Of a DNA stretch of 64,000 bases, positions 30,755-40,352 are shown in pieces. The stretch spans positions 608,001 to 672,000 of the forward strand of contig CAWJGT010000034.1 in NCBI GenBank assembly GCA_963842525.1, in the 5' to 3' direction. The position numbers were made by a program, and so were the translations under genes. The notes below the pieces were generated by a model that was not told the DNA's origin, did not search any database, and saw only the letters and a list, made by a program, of their open reading frames with translations. The DNA comes from an uncultured Holophagales bacterium. GTDB lineage: Bacteria; Acidobacteriota; Thermoanaerobaculia; Multivoradales; UBA5704. Within the stretch, counting starts at the first letter, position 1. Every line of letters starts with the position of its first letter.

Positions 30755-31130
30755 CCCTGCAGGGACAGGTACATTGCGGCAGAGGCGCGTACATTGCGGC
30801 GGAGTATCTTGACTCTGCGGTAGAGATGGTTACGTTGCGGCAGAGACGTGTGCTGCGCGGCAGGGTACCATGTCTCTGCGATAGAGCCGAGAGCATTGCG
30901 GCAGAGACATGTACGTTGCGGCAGATGAGATTGCTATTGCGGTAGAGCAGAGTACTCTGCGGCAGAGACATGTACGTTGCGGCAGCGCCACGTGCGGCGC
31001 GGCAAAGTACCCTGCCTCTGCGGTAGGGACGCGTACGCTGCGGCAAAGGATTCTGCCTCTGCGATAGCGCCATGTGCGCTGCTACGAAGGATTGTGACGC
31101 TGCGGCAGAACACCGTGCGTTGCGGCAGAG
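30755..31130. repeat. Array of 18 units with 20/21-bp period, core TGCGG(C/T)AGAG and variable spacers
   Basis: Core starts at 30775, 30795, 30816, 30836, 30856, 30877, 30897, 30917, 30938, 30958, 30978, 30998, 31019, 31039, 31060, 31080, 31101, 31121. Confidence 0.9.
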
Positions 31131-31143
31131 GGAGAATCCGCGA

Positions 31144-31527
31144 TCAGACCAACGCTGCCACAAGCGCCGCGATCCCTGCCACCAGGGCCACACCGCTGAT
31201 CCACAGGATGAGCTGCATCCTGCGAGCGAGGGAATCGACGCTGCCGGTCAGGGCGTCGAGCTGTTTCGCAATGTCGGCGACCAAGGCGGACTGCTGGGTC
31301 TCGTTGTCCTGAAGGCGGCGGACCTGGGCTTCCAGGTCGGCGAGACGGGCAGTCAGGCCGGTCGTGGGATCGGGACCGGGACGAGGCTCGGTGCGCTGCT
31401 GCTGGCGCTGCCGGTTCTTCTCATACAGGACCCGGGCAGCCTCGACGATCTGCGGCGCGTGTCGCATGACCTCGTCCCAACGCACCGACTTGCCGAGGAT
31501 CTCCCAGATTCGTCCCTTCTCTGCCAT
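31144..31527 (-). CDS. Hypothetical coiled-coil protein with C-terminal membrane anchor
   Basis: Heptad-like LADLEAQVRRLQ and a hydrophobic tail. Confidence 0.7.
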   Translation of the reverse strand: MAEKGRIWEILGKSVRWDEVMRHAPQIVEAARVLYEKNRQRQQQRTEPRPGPDPTTGLTARLADLEAQVRRLQDNETQQSALVADIAKQLDALTGSVDSLARRMQLILWISGVALVAGIAALVAALV

Positions 31528-31617
31528 GGCACGAATTCATATGCAAGGGCGCTGCCCCTTCCCGGCAGCGAGGTGGCTACGGCGGCTCACTTCCCGCTCA
31601 TGCGAAAATAGGAGGCC

Positions 31618-33580
31618 ATGCCCCAGGACCGCCCGCCCATCCCGGCTGAGATCGAACGGCAGGTCCTCGTCGAGGCGGGCCACCGTTGTGCCGTTTGCGG
31701 GGAGACGGCTCCGCTGGAGCTGGCTCACATCGTCGCCTGGAGCCGGGTCAGGAACCATACGGCGGACAACCTGATCTGCCTATGCGCCGGCTGTCACGGC
31801 CGCGCCGACTTCGAAAAATGGGGTGCCAAAACCCTCCGGCGGTACAAGAACAACCCCTGGGTGCGGCAGCGGAGCCGGGAGCCGATGGAGCAGCCTCGCT
31901 TCCGCCACAACCTTCCCTTCACATCGCTCGGCCCGCTGTTTCATGGCCGCGAGGTGATGCTGGCGCGGTTGCGCGAGACGCTGGAGCGCACGCCCGCCGG
32001 CCGGGCGACGGCAATTGCGGGAAAGGCGATCCATGGCCTGGGTGGGGTGGGCAAGACACGGCTCGCCATCGAGTATGGCTGGCAGCATGCGGCGGAGTAC
32101 TCGGCCGTGCTCTTCGTAGGTGCGGGCTCGCCGGCCGATCTGCGGCGCAACCTCGCGGCGCTCTGCTCAGTGCTGGACCTTCCGGAGCAGGCGGTGCCCG
32201 AGGAGGAGGTGCGGGAGGCGGCCGTCCTGCGCCGGCTCGGCGAGCTGCCGGGGTGGCTGCTGATCCTCGACAACGTCGACTCGCCCGATGCGGCCGCGGC
32301 GGTGGACGCCCTCGTGGCCCGCCTCCACGGCGGCCATGTGCTGCTCACCGGCCGGCTCGCCCGCTGGGGCGCGGAGGTGGAAGCGATCGAGCTCGACCTG
32401 CTCGCCGAGGAAGCCGCCGCCGCCTTCCTCCTCGCGCGCACCGCCAACTGCCGCCGTGCCACGCCGGACGACGCCGCCCACGCCACCACTCTCGCGCGGG
32501 AGCTGGGCTATCTCCCCCTCGCCTTGGAACAAGCCGGTGCGGCGATCGCCGGCCGAAGGTTGACCTTCCCTGCGTACCTCAAGGACTGGGCGACGCGGCG
32601 CGAGCAGGTGCTCACCTGGTTCGATCCGCGCGTGAGCCACTATCCGGTGAGCTTCGCCGTCACCTGGCAGACCTCGGTGGACCGCCTCTCCGCCCCCGCC
32701 CGGCATCTCCTCGAGCGGCTCGCCTGGCTGGGTCCGGAGCCGATCCCGGAGTCGCTGTTGGAAGTGCCGGTGCCCGGGCTCCCCGAGGAGTCGAACCCGG
32801 ATCCCCGCGACGCCCTCGCCGAGCTCGCGACGTGGTCCTTGGTGGCCCGCGCGGCCGAGACACCCACCTTCACCGTGCATCGGCTGGTGCAGGACGTCAC
32901 CCGCCGCAGCTTGCGGAACGATCCCGGCCAGGGCCTGCTGACCGAGGCCCTCCGCTGGGTGAATGCCGCTTTCGTGGGTGAGCCCCAGGACGTCCGCACC
33001 TGGCCTGTCCTCGACCCCCTCACCCCTCACGCCCGCGCCGTCGTCGCCTTTGCAGACACCGAAGGGATCACCGAGCCCACGGCGCGGCTCATGAATCGAG
33101 CTCGCCATTTTGCTCCACACCAAGACGCTTGCAGGCGAGGCCGAGCCGCTGATGCGACGCGCGCTCGCGATCGACGAGGCGAGCTTCGGGCCGGAGCACC
33201 CCGAGGTCGCCACCGACCTCAACAACCTAGCCCTATTGCTCAAGGACACGAACCGTCTCGGCGAGGCCGAGCCGCTGATGCGACGCGCGCTCGCGATCGA
33301 TGAGGCGAGCTTCGGGACGGAGCACCCCAAAGTCGCCACCGACCTCAACAACCTGGCCCTGTTGCTCCAGGCTACGAGCCGCCTCGGCGAGGCCGAGCCG
33401 CTGATGCGACGCCATCTGGTCATCTTCCTCGAATTCACGCGCCGCACCGGGTACGAGCACCCGCGTCTGCAGGCGGCCTTCGCCAACTACCGGCTCCTGC
33501 TCCGGGAGATGGGCAAGACCGAAGAGGAAATCGAGGCGGCGTTTGCGGAGTTGGCTGGGCCGGCATCAGGCGGTGCCTGA
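31618..33580 (+). CDS. HNH endonuclease + NB-ARC/STAND NTPase + TPR protein; frameshift near 33100
   Basis: AGGAGG RBS; CAVC...AHI...NLICLCAGCH; GLGGVGKT; LLILDNVD; LPLALEQAG; VHRLVQ; 42-aa TPRs. Confidence 0.87.
33134..33411 (+). repeat. Near-identical 126-bp TPR-coding tandem repeats
   Basis: GGCGAGGCCGAGCCGCTGATGCGACGC at 33134, 33260 and 33386. Confidence 0.9.
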
Positions 33581-33613
33581 AACAACAGATGGCGCGAAAG
33601 GCGACGGATTGCA

Positions 33614-33886
33614 GTAGAGACGCCCCAGTCCGTAACCACGAACCTACCGGGTGCACACAGTCGGGGCGTCTCATGGCCTCAGAGACCACCAAACGCCGGC
33701 AGCACACCACAAAACGCCGATATGGGTTCCACCGTGCGGCGGATGATGACGGGCTGCGTTCCCTGCGAACAGCGGCCTGTGCGGTGTTTCCTGCGCGAGA
33801 TCGAACCCGTTTCGATGGCGAGGCCTTGAGACGCCCCGACTGTTTGCACCCGGTCGTTCCGTGGTCACGGACTGGGGCGTCTCTAC
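33614..33886. repeat. GTAG-type REP doublet (REPIN/BIME-like) with ~67-bp imperfect inverted arms
   Basis: GTAGAGACGCCCC...GGGGCGTCTCA at 33614-33680; reverse complement at 33820-33886. Confidence 0.85.
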
Positions 33887-33898
33887 CCCACCGCCCGT

Positions 33899-35344
33899 CT
33901 ATCCGCTCGGCTCGAAGAATGCGTGAAACCCTAGGTGCAGCGGCGAATCCAGGCGCAGGGTGGCCCGCGGGCCGGAGGCGAGGTCGAAGGCGTCGAAGAC
34001 CAGGAAGGCGCTCTCGTTCCGGCGGGGATCGAACGACTGGCAGATCACCGCGCCCCCCTCCCCCGCAGGGTCCGGCGCGAAGGCGGGCTCGCCGCCCAGG
34101 TAGATGCCCGGCGGCGCCTGCCAGATGTCCCAACCGCCCGACCAGGAGACGGAGACGACCTGGTCGAAAAACTTGCGCCCGTTGCGGCCGGTCGCCGAGA
34201 TCCCCAGCATCCAGAGGTTCTGGTAGGGGCGACCGAAATGTCGCGGATCGATGGCCGGGAAATCCGGGGCCGAGCGGTAGGCCAGCTCGCGGCGGTCCAC
34301 CACCTCTCCAGCTTGGAGGTCGATGACGAACCGGACCGGGCCTCCGGGGCCAACCGTTATGAAGAGGTCCGGGAGGGTTTCGTACTGATCGTAGATCGGC
34401 CGCTCCAGCTCGACGACGTCCACCACCAGCCGGCCGTCTTCCTCGAAGACATTGATTGTATGGAGGACGTGCCCCTGCCCCACTGGCACGGTGGCGACGA
34501 GCTCGCCGGTCTCGCGCGAGGCGATCAGGAGATAGCTCCCCTGCTCGGGCTCCCAGCGCAGCGACTCCATGAGGGTCCGCCCGTCCCGCGCCAGCGCGGC
34601 CATGTTCAGATAGAGCGGCGAGGCGTGCACCACGATGTGCCGCGGTCCGAGGGCGAAGTCGTGAATGGACGACGGCCCCGCGAGGTCGAGCCGGCGGCGC
34701 CAGACGAGCCGGCCCTCAGGATCGAACCGGTAGAGGTTCACCATGGGGTGCTCGCTGGCGTAGGAGACCCCGAAGTTGAACAGCTCTCCGGTGTGCGGGT
34801 CGATCTTGGGATGGGCAGCGAACGGAGCGATCGGATTGAGGCCGCCGCCAAAATTGAAGGTACCGCGCGTCTCCAGCGTCACCGGGTCGAGCTCGTACGG
34901 GAGCCCCTGCTCGCCCAGGGCCAGCAGCCTGCCGCCGAAGGGATAGACGCTCACGTTGACCGGCGACTCCAGGGCCACGCCGCGCACCAGCCGGTCGCCC
35001 TCGAACCGCGTTCCGAAAGTGCGAAAGAGCGCCCGTCCGGCCTCCTCCTCGGCGGTCCATTTGGAGCTGCGCACGAAGCGGGTGGTGAGGTGCGCACCGC
35101 TATCGTCAAAGCGCAGGGCGCAGACCATGCCGTCGCCGTCCAGCCAGTGGCGATAGCGCAGGCCGCCTCTCTCGAAACGGGCGGGTCCGTTGAGGTAGTA
35201 GGTGCCGCGCACGAAGGCGGGGACCTCGCCTTCGACAGGCACCGGACACGAGCGCTCCGCGGGCACGAAGGCGAAGGCCCGTTCCAATCCCGGAGCGAGG
35301 TCCTCCGCCGGAGGTGCTGCAGGGAGACGCTCGGACACGATCAC
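33899..35344 (-). CDS. Carotenoid/lignostilbene cleavage oxygenase family protein
   Basis: RGTYYLNGP, HWLDGDGM; four His ligands AHPKID, IHDF, LHTIN, GFHAFF; GTGA-coupled. Confidence 0.92.
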   Translation of the reverse strand: MIVSERLPAAPPAEDLAPGLERAFAFVPAERSCPVPVEGEVPAFVRGTYYLNGPARFERGGLRYRHWLDGDGMVCALRFDDSGAHLTTRFVRSSKWTAEEEAGRALFRTFGTRFEGDRLVRGVALESPVNVSVYPFGGRLLALGEQGLPYELDPVTLETRGTFNFGGGLNPIAPFAAHPKIDPHTGELFNFGVSYASEHPMVNLYRFDPEGRLVWRRRLDLAGPSSIHDFALGPRHIVVHASPLYLNMAALARDGRTLMESLRWEPEQGSYLLIASRETGELVATVPVGQGHVLHTINVFEEDGRLVVDVVELERPIYDQYETLPDLFITVGPGGPVRFVIDLQAGEVVDRRELAYRSAPDFPAIDPRHFGRPYQNLWMLGISATGRNGRKFFDQVVSVSWSGGWDIWQAPPGIYLGGEPAFAPDPAGEGGAVICQSFDPRRNESAFLVFDAFDLASGPRATLRLDSPLHLGFHAFFEPSG

Positions 35345-37116
35345 CGGTGGCCTCCTCCGGCCATGGCCTGCACGGTCTCTTCCATCGCGGCGGTACCGCG
35401 GAAGCGGTCGGGCGACATCGGCTCGAAATTCCACTTCCAGGTCCGCTTGGTTTCCCGGCAGGCGGCCATCTGCTCGCGCATGGCCTCGGGATCAAAGGAC
35501 AGGTTTTCCAGGTCGATCGCACCCACGAAGTCGGGATGGGTCAGAGTCCTCGGGTCCTCCAGCACGTTTGCGGCCACGTGAGCATAGATCCAGCGCGCCA
35601 TCTCTTCCAGATTGGTGAGCTGCTGGTCGAGGAGCTGTTTGGCCTCGTCGGCCGAGACGCCGACGCGGTAGAAAAGCTCTCCCGCCTTGCCCAGGGCCCA
35701 GGCCTCGTAGAACTCGAAGAGGACGGGCTCCGGCGGCAGCTCGGTCCGGTTCACCTTCTTCCAGCGGTAGTAGTCGCGCAGGAATTCGTGCAGCTTGCGG
35801 TTGATCGGCCCCAGGCGCGAGAAGCGCCGCAGGAAACCTGGGAGGAATGCGCGGTCGGTGAACAGGTCGTTGATGAATGGGAAGACGAAGAAGCCGAAGT
35901 AGATGGCGAGCTCCCAGACATAGCGCAGCGAGTAGGCCTCCTGGTCGCCCAGGATTTCGTAGCTGATCGCGAAGCTGGGTATGTACGACTCGTAGACCGC
36001 CCGCTCCACGCCTTCGTAGAGGCGGACTTTCTGCTCCAGCTCGCGGCGGTCGCGGGTGAGGATCGCGTCCGTGACCAGCGTGTTGTAGCTGGAGATCAGA
36101 TCGCCGCCCGGGCTGTAGAGCGGATCGGTGAAGCGGCCGGCCTCCCCCACCATGGCCCAGCCGTCGGCCGAAATGGTTTGCGCGCAGTCATGGGCGAAGC
36201 TGTCGAACCCGCCCTTGCCGACGATCGTGCGGTGCGGCAGGTCACGGGCAAACATCGGGTACCGCTTGCAGACCCAGTCGATGCACTGGGCGGGCGTGCG
36301 CACCTCATTGCGGTTGATGAGGTCGGCGTCATAGACCAGGCCGAGGCTGGTGCGGCCGTGCAACGGGATCACCCAGAACCAATACCCTTCGCCGCAAAAG
36401 TGATTGGTTGCGAGCAGGGCCGGCACATGGCCGAGAGCCGCGCGGTCGGGGCGCAGGCGGATCTCGCGCGGCGACAGGTCGGTGAGCCGCTCGATATCGA
36501 CGAGGCCGTCGACCCAGAAGAAGGACGTCCCGTGATGGATCGGGCTCTGCCGCAGCAGGCCGAGCTTCTTGGCCAGGATGCGGCTGCGCCCCGAGGCATC
36601 GACGACCCAGCGCGTGCTGCCGGAGACCTCGCCCGCCTCGCTGCGGAAACGGAAGGTGTGGCGCTCGCCGCCCTTGCCGAGGTCGATCTCCAGGTCGCGG
36701 GCCGGCGCATGGAATTCGAAATTCGGGCTCTGGCGGTTGAGCCGCAGAACCTCGGCTTCGATCTTGTTACGATCGAGCTGATAGGTGACGATGTTGGACA
36801 GGCCGCGGATATAGGACTTGCTGACGTCCTCGTAGCGGTCGCTTCCGAGGCCGCTCGGCCAATAGAAGCGGAGGTTGTACTTCATATAGTGCTCGCAGAG
36901 CAGGTGCTCTTCGAGGTCCAGGACGCGCGCGTAGTAGTAGCCGCTCATCTGGACGGTCGCCTCCCCCACTTTCTGTTCCCTGCGGGGGACATCCGCCCGG
37001 CGGTCGATCATCACGATGCGCAGATCCGGATCGGCGAGCAGGAGTTGGCGGCCGAGGCAGCCCCCGGCGAGGCCCGCGCCCACGATCAGGACGTCACAGT
37101 CGACGTTTCTCTCCAT
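35341..37116 (-). CDS. Flavin-dependent halogenase-family protein
   Basis: GAGLAGG, KVGEAT, MKYNLRFYW, WFWVIPL (WxWxIP), FTDPLYSPG. Confidence 0.8.
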   Translation of the reverse strand: MERNVDCDVLIVGAGLAGGCLGRQLLLADPDLRIVMIDRRADVPRREQKVGEATVQMSGYYYARVLDLEEHLLCEHYMKYNLRFYWPSGLGSDRYEDVSKSYIRGLSNIVTYQLDRNKIEAEVLRLNRQSPNFEFHAPARDLEIDLGKGGERHTFRFRSEAGEVSGSTRWVVDASGRSRILAKKLGLLRQSPIHHGTSFFWVDGLVDIERLTDLSPREIRLRPDRAALGHVPALLATNHFCGEGYWFWVIPLHGRTSLGLVYDADLINRNEVRTPAQCIDWVCKRYPMFARDLPHRTIVGKGGFDSFAHDCAQTISADGWAMVGEAGRFTDPLYSPGGDLISSYNTLVTDAILTRDRRELEQKVRLYEGVERAVYESYIPSFAISYEILGDQEAYSLRYVWELAIYFGFFVFPFINDLFTDRAFLPGFLRRFSRLGPINRKLHEFLRDYYRWKKVNRTELPPEPVLFEFYEAWALGKAGELFYRVGVSADEAKQLLDQQLTNLEEMARWIYAHVAANVLEDPRTLTHPDFVGAIDLENLSFDPEAMREQMAACRETKRTWKWNFEPMSPDRFRGTAAMEETVQAMAGGGHR

Positions 37117-38654
37117 GACTTCTCCACATGCGCCGCCTCCCCGGTGGGAGCGCCGCCTCCTTGAAGGATCGTCTGGGCCACCTGTTGGGCCGAGACGATC
37201 ACGGGGGTGATGCCCCCGCCAGGCCGCGTCCAATGCCCGACGAGGTACAGGTTGGCCAAGGGGCTCATCAGCTCGGGACGCCCGTCGCCGAGCTGCTCGG
37301 GCGACATCTCCCAGCCGAGCATGGCTCCGCGCTGGTTCAGCGTGAAACGCCAGGACGTGTGCGCCGAAGCGCTGGTGCTCACCACGATCCGCTCGGTGAT
37401 CCCGGGGATCATCCGTTCGAGATTGGTGTAGACGAAGCTCTCCGTCTGCCGCTTGTGCTCCGTCCAGTCGGCAACGGCGTCGTAGTCGATGTCCATCACT
37501 TTCTGGACGATCAGGATCTGCCGGCCGGGCGGCGCCATCTCCGGCTCGTAGAGGGTCGGCACGAAGATCTTGAAGCGCAGGGCGTCGCGGCCGACCCGGT
37601 CCATGTCCCAGCCGTCCCAGTAGTAGCCCTGGGCCTCCTCCAGAACGTCGGCAGGCACCCCCTCGAGGCCCAGATGGGTGAGCCAGCACGGGAAGGTGGG
37701 CCGCAGGCGGCGCAGCTCTTCGATCCTCTCGCGCCCGAGATGCCCGGCACCGATCAGCTCCTCGAAGGTCAGCCGCAGGTCGGCGTTCGAGACCACCACG
37801 CCGGAGCGCACCCGCAGCCTCTGGCCGCGGTGCGGGAGCGAGCCGCGGAGGGTCTCGATCTCAACTCCCACCGCCCGGCCATCCTCGACCAGGATGCGGT
37901 GTGCCCGCGTGCTGATCAGCAGGTGCCCCCCGCGTTCCTCGAAGCAGCGGGCCAGGTCGTCGGCGAACGCCTGCGAGCCTCCCTGGGGATAGTAGTTGCC
38001 GAGGAAGTAGGACAACCGCAGCATGGAATCGAAGACGAACGAGGTGCGGCCCGGCGGCGAGCCCCAGTGCGCGCAGTCGGCGGTGAGGAGCAGCTTGAGC
38101 TTGGGATCGCGGAACCAGCGGTCGAGGGCCTGGCGGACAGTGAGGTCGACGTACGGCCGCAGGCGCTCGAGCTGGTTCAGGGGCCGGCCGCGGAAGTAAT
38201 GGAGCAGGCCCAGGAGGTAGCACTCGCGGACCGCGGCGAAGAACGAGTCGAGGGCCGCGGCCTCGTCCGGGAACTCGGCCTTGACCTTGACCAGGTAGTC
38301 GTCGAGATCGGCCGGCACGGCGAAACGCGAGCCGTCCGGGAAGTGGAAGGTGTCCACCGGGTCCATCTTGACCCAGCCGGTGGTGACGCCGATTTCGGCG
38401 AGGAGCCGGCCGGTCAGGGTGTCCGGGTTGCCCAGCAGCGGATAGAAATGGGTCGCGGCGTCGAAGGTGTAGCCGCCGCGGCGGAAGGTGCTGCAATAGC
38501 CGCCCACCATGTAGTGCTGCTCCACCAGCAGGACCCGGAGGCCCCGGCGCGCCAGCAGGTTGGCGGTGATGAGGCCGCCGATGCCGGCACCGATCACGAC
38601 CGCGTCGTAGGTCGGATCGGGCGAGCGGCGCAATCCGCGGAAGGGCCTCTTCAC
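37086..38654 (-). CDS. Phytoene desaturase/CrtISO/RetSat-like FAD oxidoreductase
   Basis: IGAGIGGL...VEQHYMVGGYCSTFRRGGYTFD; YPQGGSQAF; LYLVGHWTRPGGG. Confidence 0.88.
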   Translation of the reverse strand: MKRPFRGLRRSPDPTYDAVVIGAGIGGLITANLLARRGLRVLLVEQHYMVGGYCSTFRRGGYTFDAATHFYPLLGNPDTLTGRLLAEIGVTTGWVKMDPVDTFHFPDGSRFAVPADLDDYLVKVKAEFPDEAAALDSFFAAVRECYLLGLLHYFRGRPLNQLERLRPYVDLTVRQALDRWFRDPKLKLLLTADCAHWGSPPGRTSFVFDSMLRLSYFLGNYYPQGGSQAFADDLARCFEERGGHLLISTRAHRILVEDGRAVGVEIETLRGSLPHRGQRLRVRSGVVVSNADLRLTFEELIGAGHLGRERIEELRRLRPTFPCWLTHLGLEGVPADVLEEAQGYYWDGWDMDRVGRDALRFKIFVPTLYEPEMAPPGRQILIVQKVMDIDYDAVADWTEHKRQTESFVYTNLERMIPGITERIVVSTSASAHTSWRFTLNQRGAMLGWEMSPEQLGDGRPELMSPLANLYLVGHWTRPGGGITPVIVSAQQVAQTILQGGGAPTGEAAHVEKSWRETSTVTS

Positions 38655-40339
38655 GCGGCCTTCCTCCCGTCCTCGGCCGCCTCGTCCGCAAAGACCGAGC
38701 CGCGGAAGATCGAGCGGCGCCGGCGCAGCATCTCCTGGATCGCCTCCTCCATCCGGCCCCGCACCTCGTGGCTGATCTCGTGCACAGTAGCTGGATCATC
38801 CGCCGCTTCGGGCGGGAAGCGGAGCTGGACCGGGATCGGCTCCAGGAACCGTGTATGCCATTTCGAGGGGAGCGGCAGGCCGGGCAGCGGGAAGGTCGGC
38901 GTGATCGGCAGGAACGGCCACTCGGCCACCCGCCGGACCAGCTTCGAATCGACGCGCGCCAGGATCGGGTAGATCTCGGCGCTCCCCACGGTGACGAAGG
39001 GCACGATGGGAGCGCGGTTGCGCAGGGCCATCTTCACGTACTCGTCGCGGCCGAACTTGCCGAGCCGGTAGGCGTCCCGGTACATGGTGAAGGCGCCCTG
39101 GATCCCTTCCGGGAACATGCCCAGCATCCCTTCGCGGGCGAGCACCCAGTCGGCGTTCTCCTGGCAGGCCACGATGCCGCCGAGCTTGATCATGTAGTTG
39201 GCCAGGAACGGGAACTTGACCAGGCAGGGATGGATCAGGAAGCGCGGGATGCGGCCGGTCTCGCGCCGCAGCAGGTGAACGGCCATGACCCCGTCCCACG
39301 GCATGAAGCCACGGTGGACGCCCGTCAGCACCACCCGGCCCTGGCGCGGCACGTTCTCGATCCCGCGGTGCTCGATCCGCCAGTAGGCGTCGTGGAGGAA
39401 GCGGAAGAGGGTGCGCGACCAGGCGGCGATGTACTTCTCGTCCAGGCCGTAGTCGTCGAAGGTGGGGGCCGCGACCGGGGGTCCGTCCTTCTGTCCGAAC
39501 GCCTCCAGGACGGCCTCGGCGCTGGTCTTCGCGGGGACGAAGCCGAGCTCGCGCTCGATCTTGCGGCCCGAGACGGTCCAGGAGTGGCGCAGGTATTCGA
39601 GCTGCGCACCGGCCCAGCGCGGGCCGGCGAGACGCCGTGTCCCGGCGAGGCGCAGGGCGCCGCGGACCGTGACGGTCCCGGCCGGCGCCACGTGGTAGAC
39701 GCCCGGCTTCCCCGCTCCGCGTTCCACGGCGCAGGCCACGGCCGAGTCGAGATCGCCGGGGGCGAGGAGCTGCAGGGACGGATCGAAGCCGGCCGGCACG
39801 AACGCGGTCCGCCCGCGCAGCAGGCGCGAGAAGAAATTCTCGCCGTCGCGCGTCACGACCGGTGCCGGGCGGAGGATCAGGAGCTCCGCACCCAGCCCGG
39901 CACACCGCGACTCCGCCAGGGTCTCCAGCTCGCGCCAGGCGCGGGCGATCGGATTCTCTCCCCGCGGCTTCTGCGTCTCGGGCAGATAGCCCTGGTTGTG
40001 ATGGCTCGGGTCGTGGACCAGCGAGCTCGACAGCAGGACGACCCTGGGGGCCTGGAGAGACGCGAAGACAGCCGCGGCGTCGGCGAGGTCCGGCCGCATG
40101 CCGTCCTTGATGAGAGGCGGTCGGTAGAGGAAGACCTCACCCCCTGGCCCCCTCTCCCATCTCCCACCCGCCCGGCCCCGGGAGAGGGGGGACGCAGTTG
40201 GTGCACCTGAGGCGAGGTCGGAGCCCAGCGGCTCGAAATCTTCTGACATCGGACTCGCCGCGGAATTCCCAGCTACGTCCCCCCTCTCCCGGCGGGGGGT
40301 GGAAGGGAGATGGGAGAGGGGGACAGGGGGTGAGGTCAT
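38651..40339 (-). CDS. Degenerate SDR/epimerase-like domain fused to a PlsC-type acyltransferase; N-terminus encoded by a REP doublet
   Basis: GAGGAGG RBS; VVLLSSS, LILRPAPV; VHRGFMPWD, MFPEG, PIVPFVTVG. Confidence 0.82.
   Translation of the reverse strand: MTSPPVPLSHLPSTPRRERGDVAGNSAASPMSEDFEPLGSDLASGAPTASPLSRGRAGGRWERGPGGEVFLYRPPLIKDGMRPDLADAAAVFASLQAPRVVLLSSSLVHDPSHHNQGYLPETQKPRGENPIARAWRELETLAESRCAGLGAELLILRPAPVVTRDGENFFSRLLRGRTAFVPAGFDPSLQLLAPGDLDSAVACAVERGAGKPGVYHVAPAGTVTVRGALRLAGTRRLAGPRWAGAQLEYLRHSWTVSGRKIERELGFVPAKTSAEAVLEAFGQKDGPPVAAPTFDDYGLDEKYIAAWSRTLFRFLHDAYWRIEHRGIENVPRQGRVVLTGVHRGFMPWDGVMAVHLLRRETGRIPRFLIHPCLVKFPFLANYMIKLGGIVACQENADWVLAREGMLGMFPEGIQGAFTMYRDAYRLGKFGRDEYVKMALRNRAPIVPFVTVGSAEIYPILARVDSKLVRRVAEWPFLPITPTFPLPGLPLPSKWHTRFLEPIPVQLRFPPEAADDPATVHEISHEVRGRMEEAIQEMLRRRRSIFRGSVFADEAAEDGRKAA
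40133..40337. repeat. REP doublet inside the 5' end of a CDS
   Basis: GACCTCACCCCCTG...CAGGGGGTGAGGTC terminal inverted repeat, same family as 27427. Confidence 0.85.
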
Positions 40340-40352
40340 GGCAACAGCCTCC

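Noticed and set aside
30755-31130. CRISPR array
   Set aside because: Repeats and spacers are ~10 nt, degenerate and partly repeated; no cas genes or leader.
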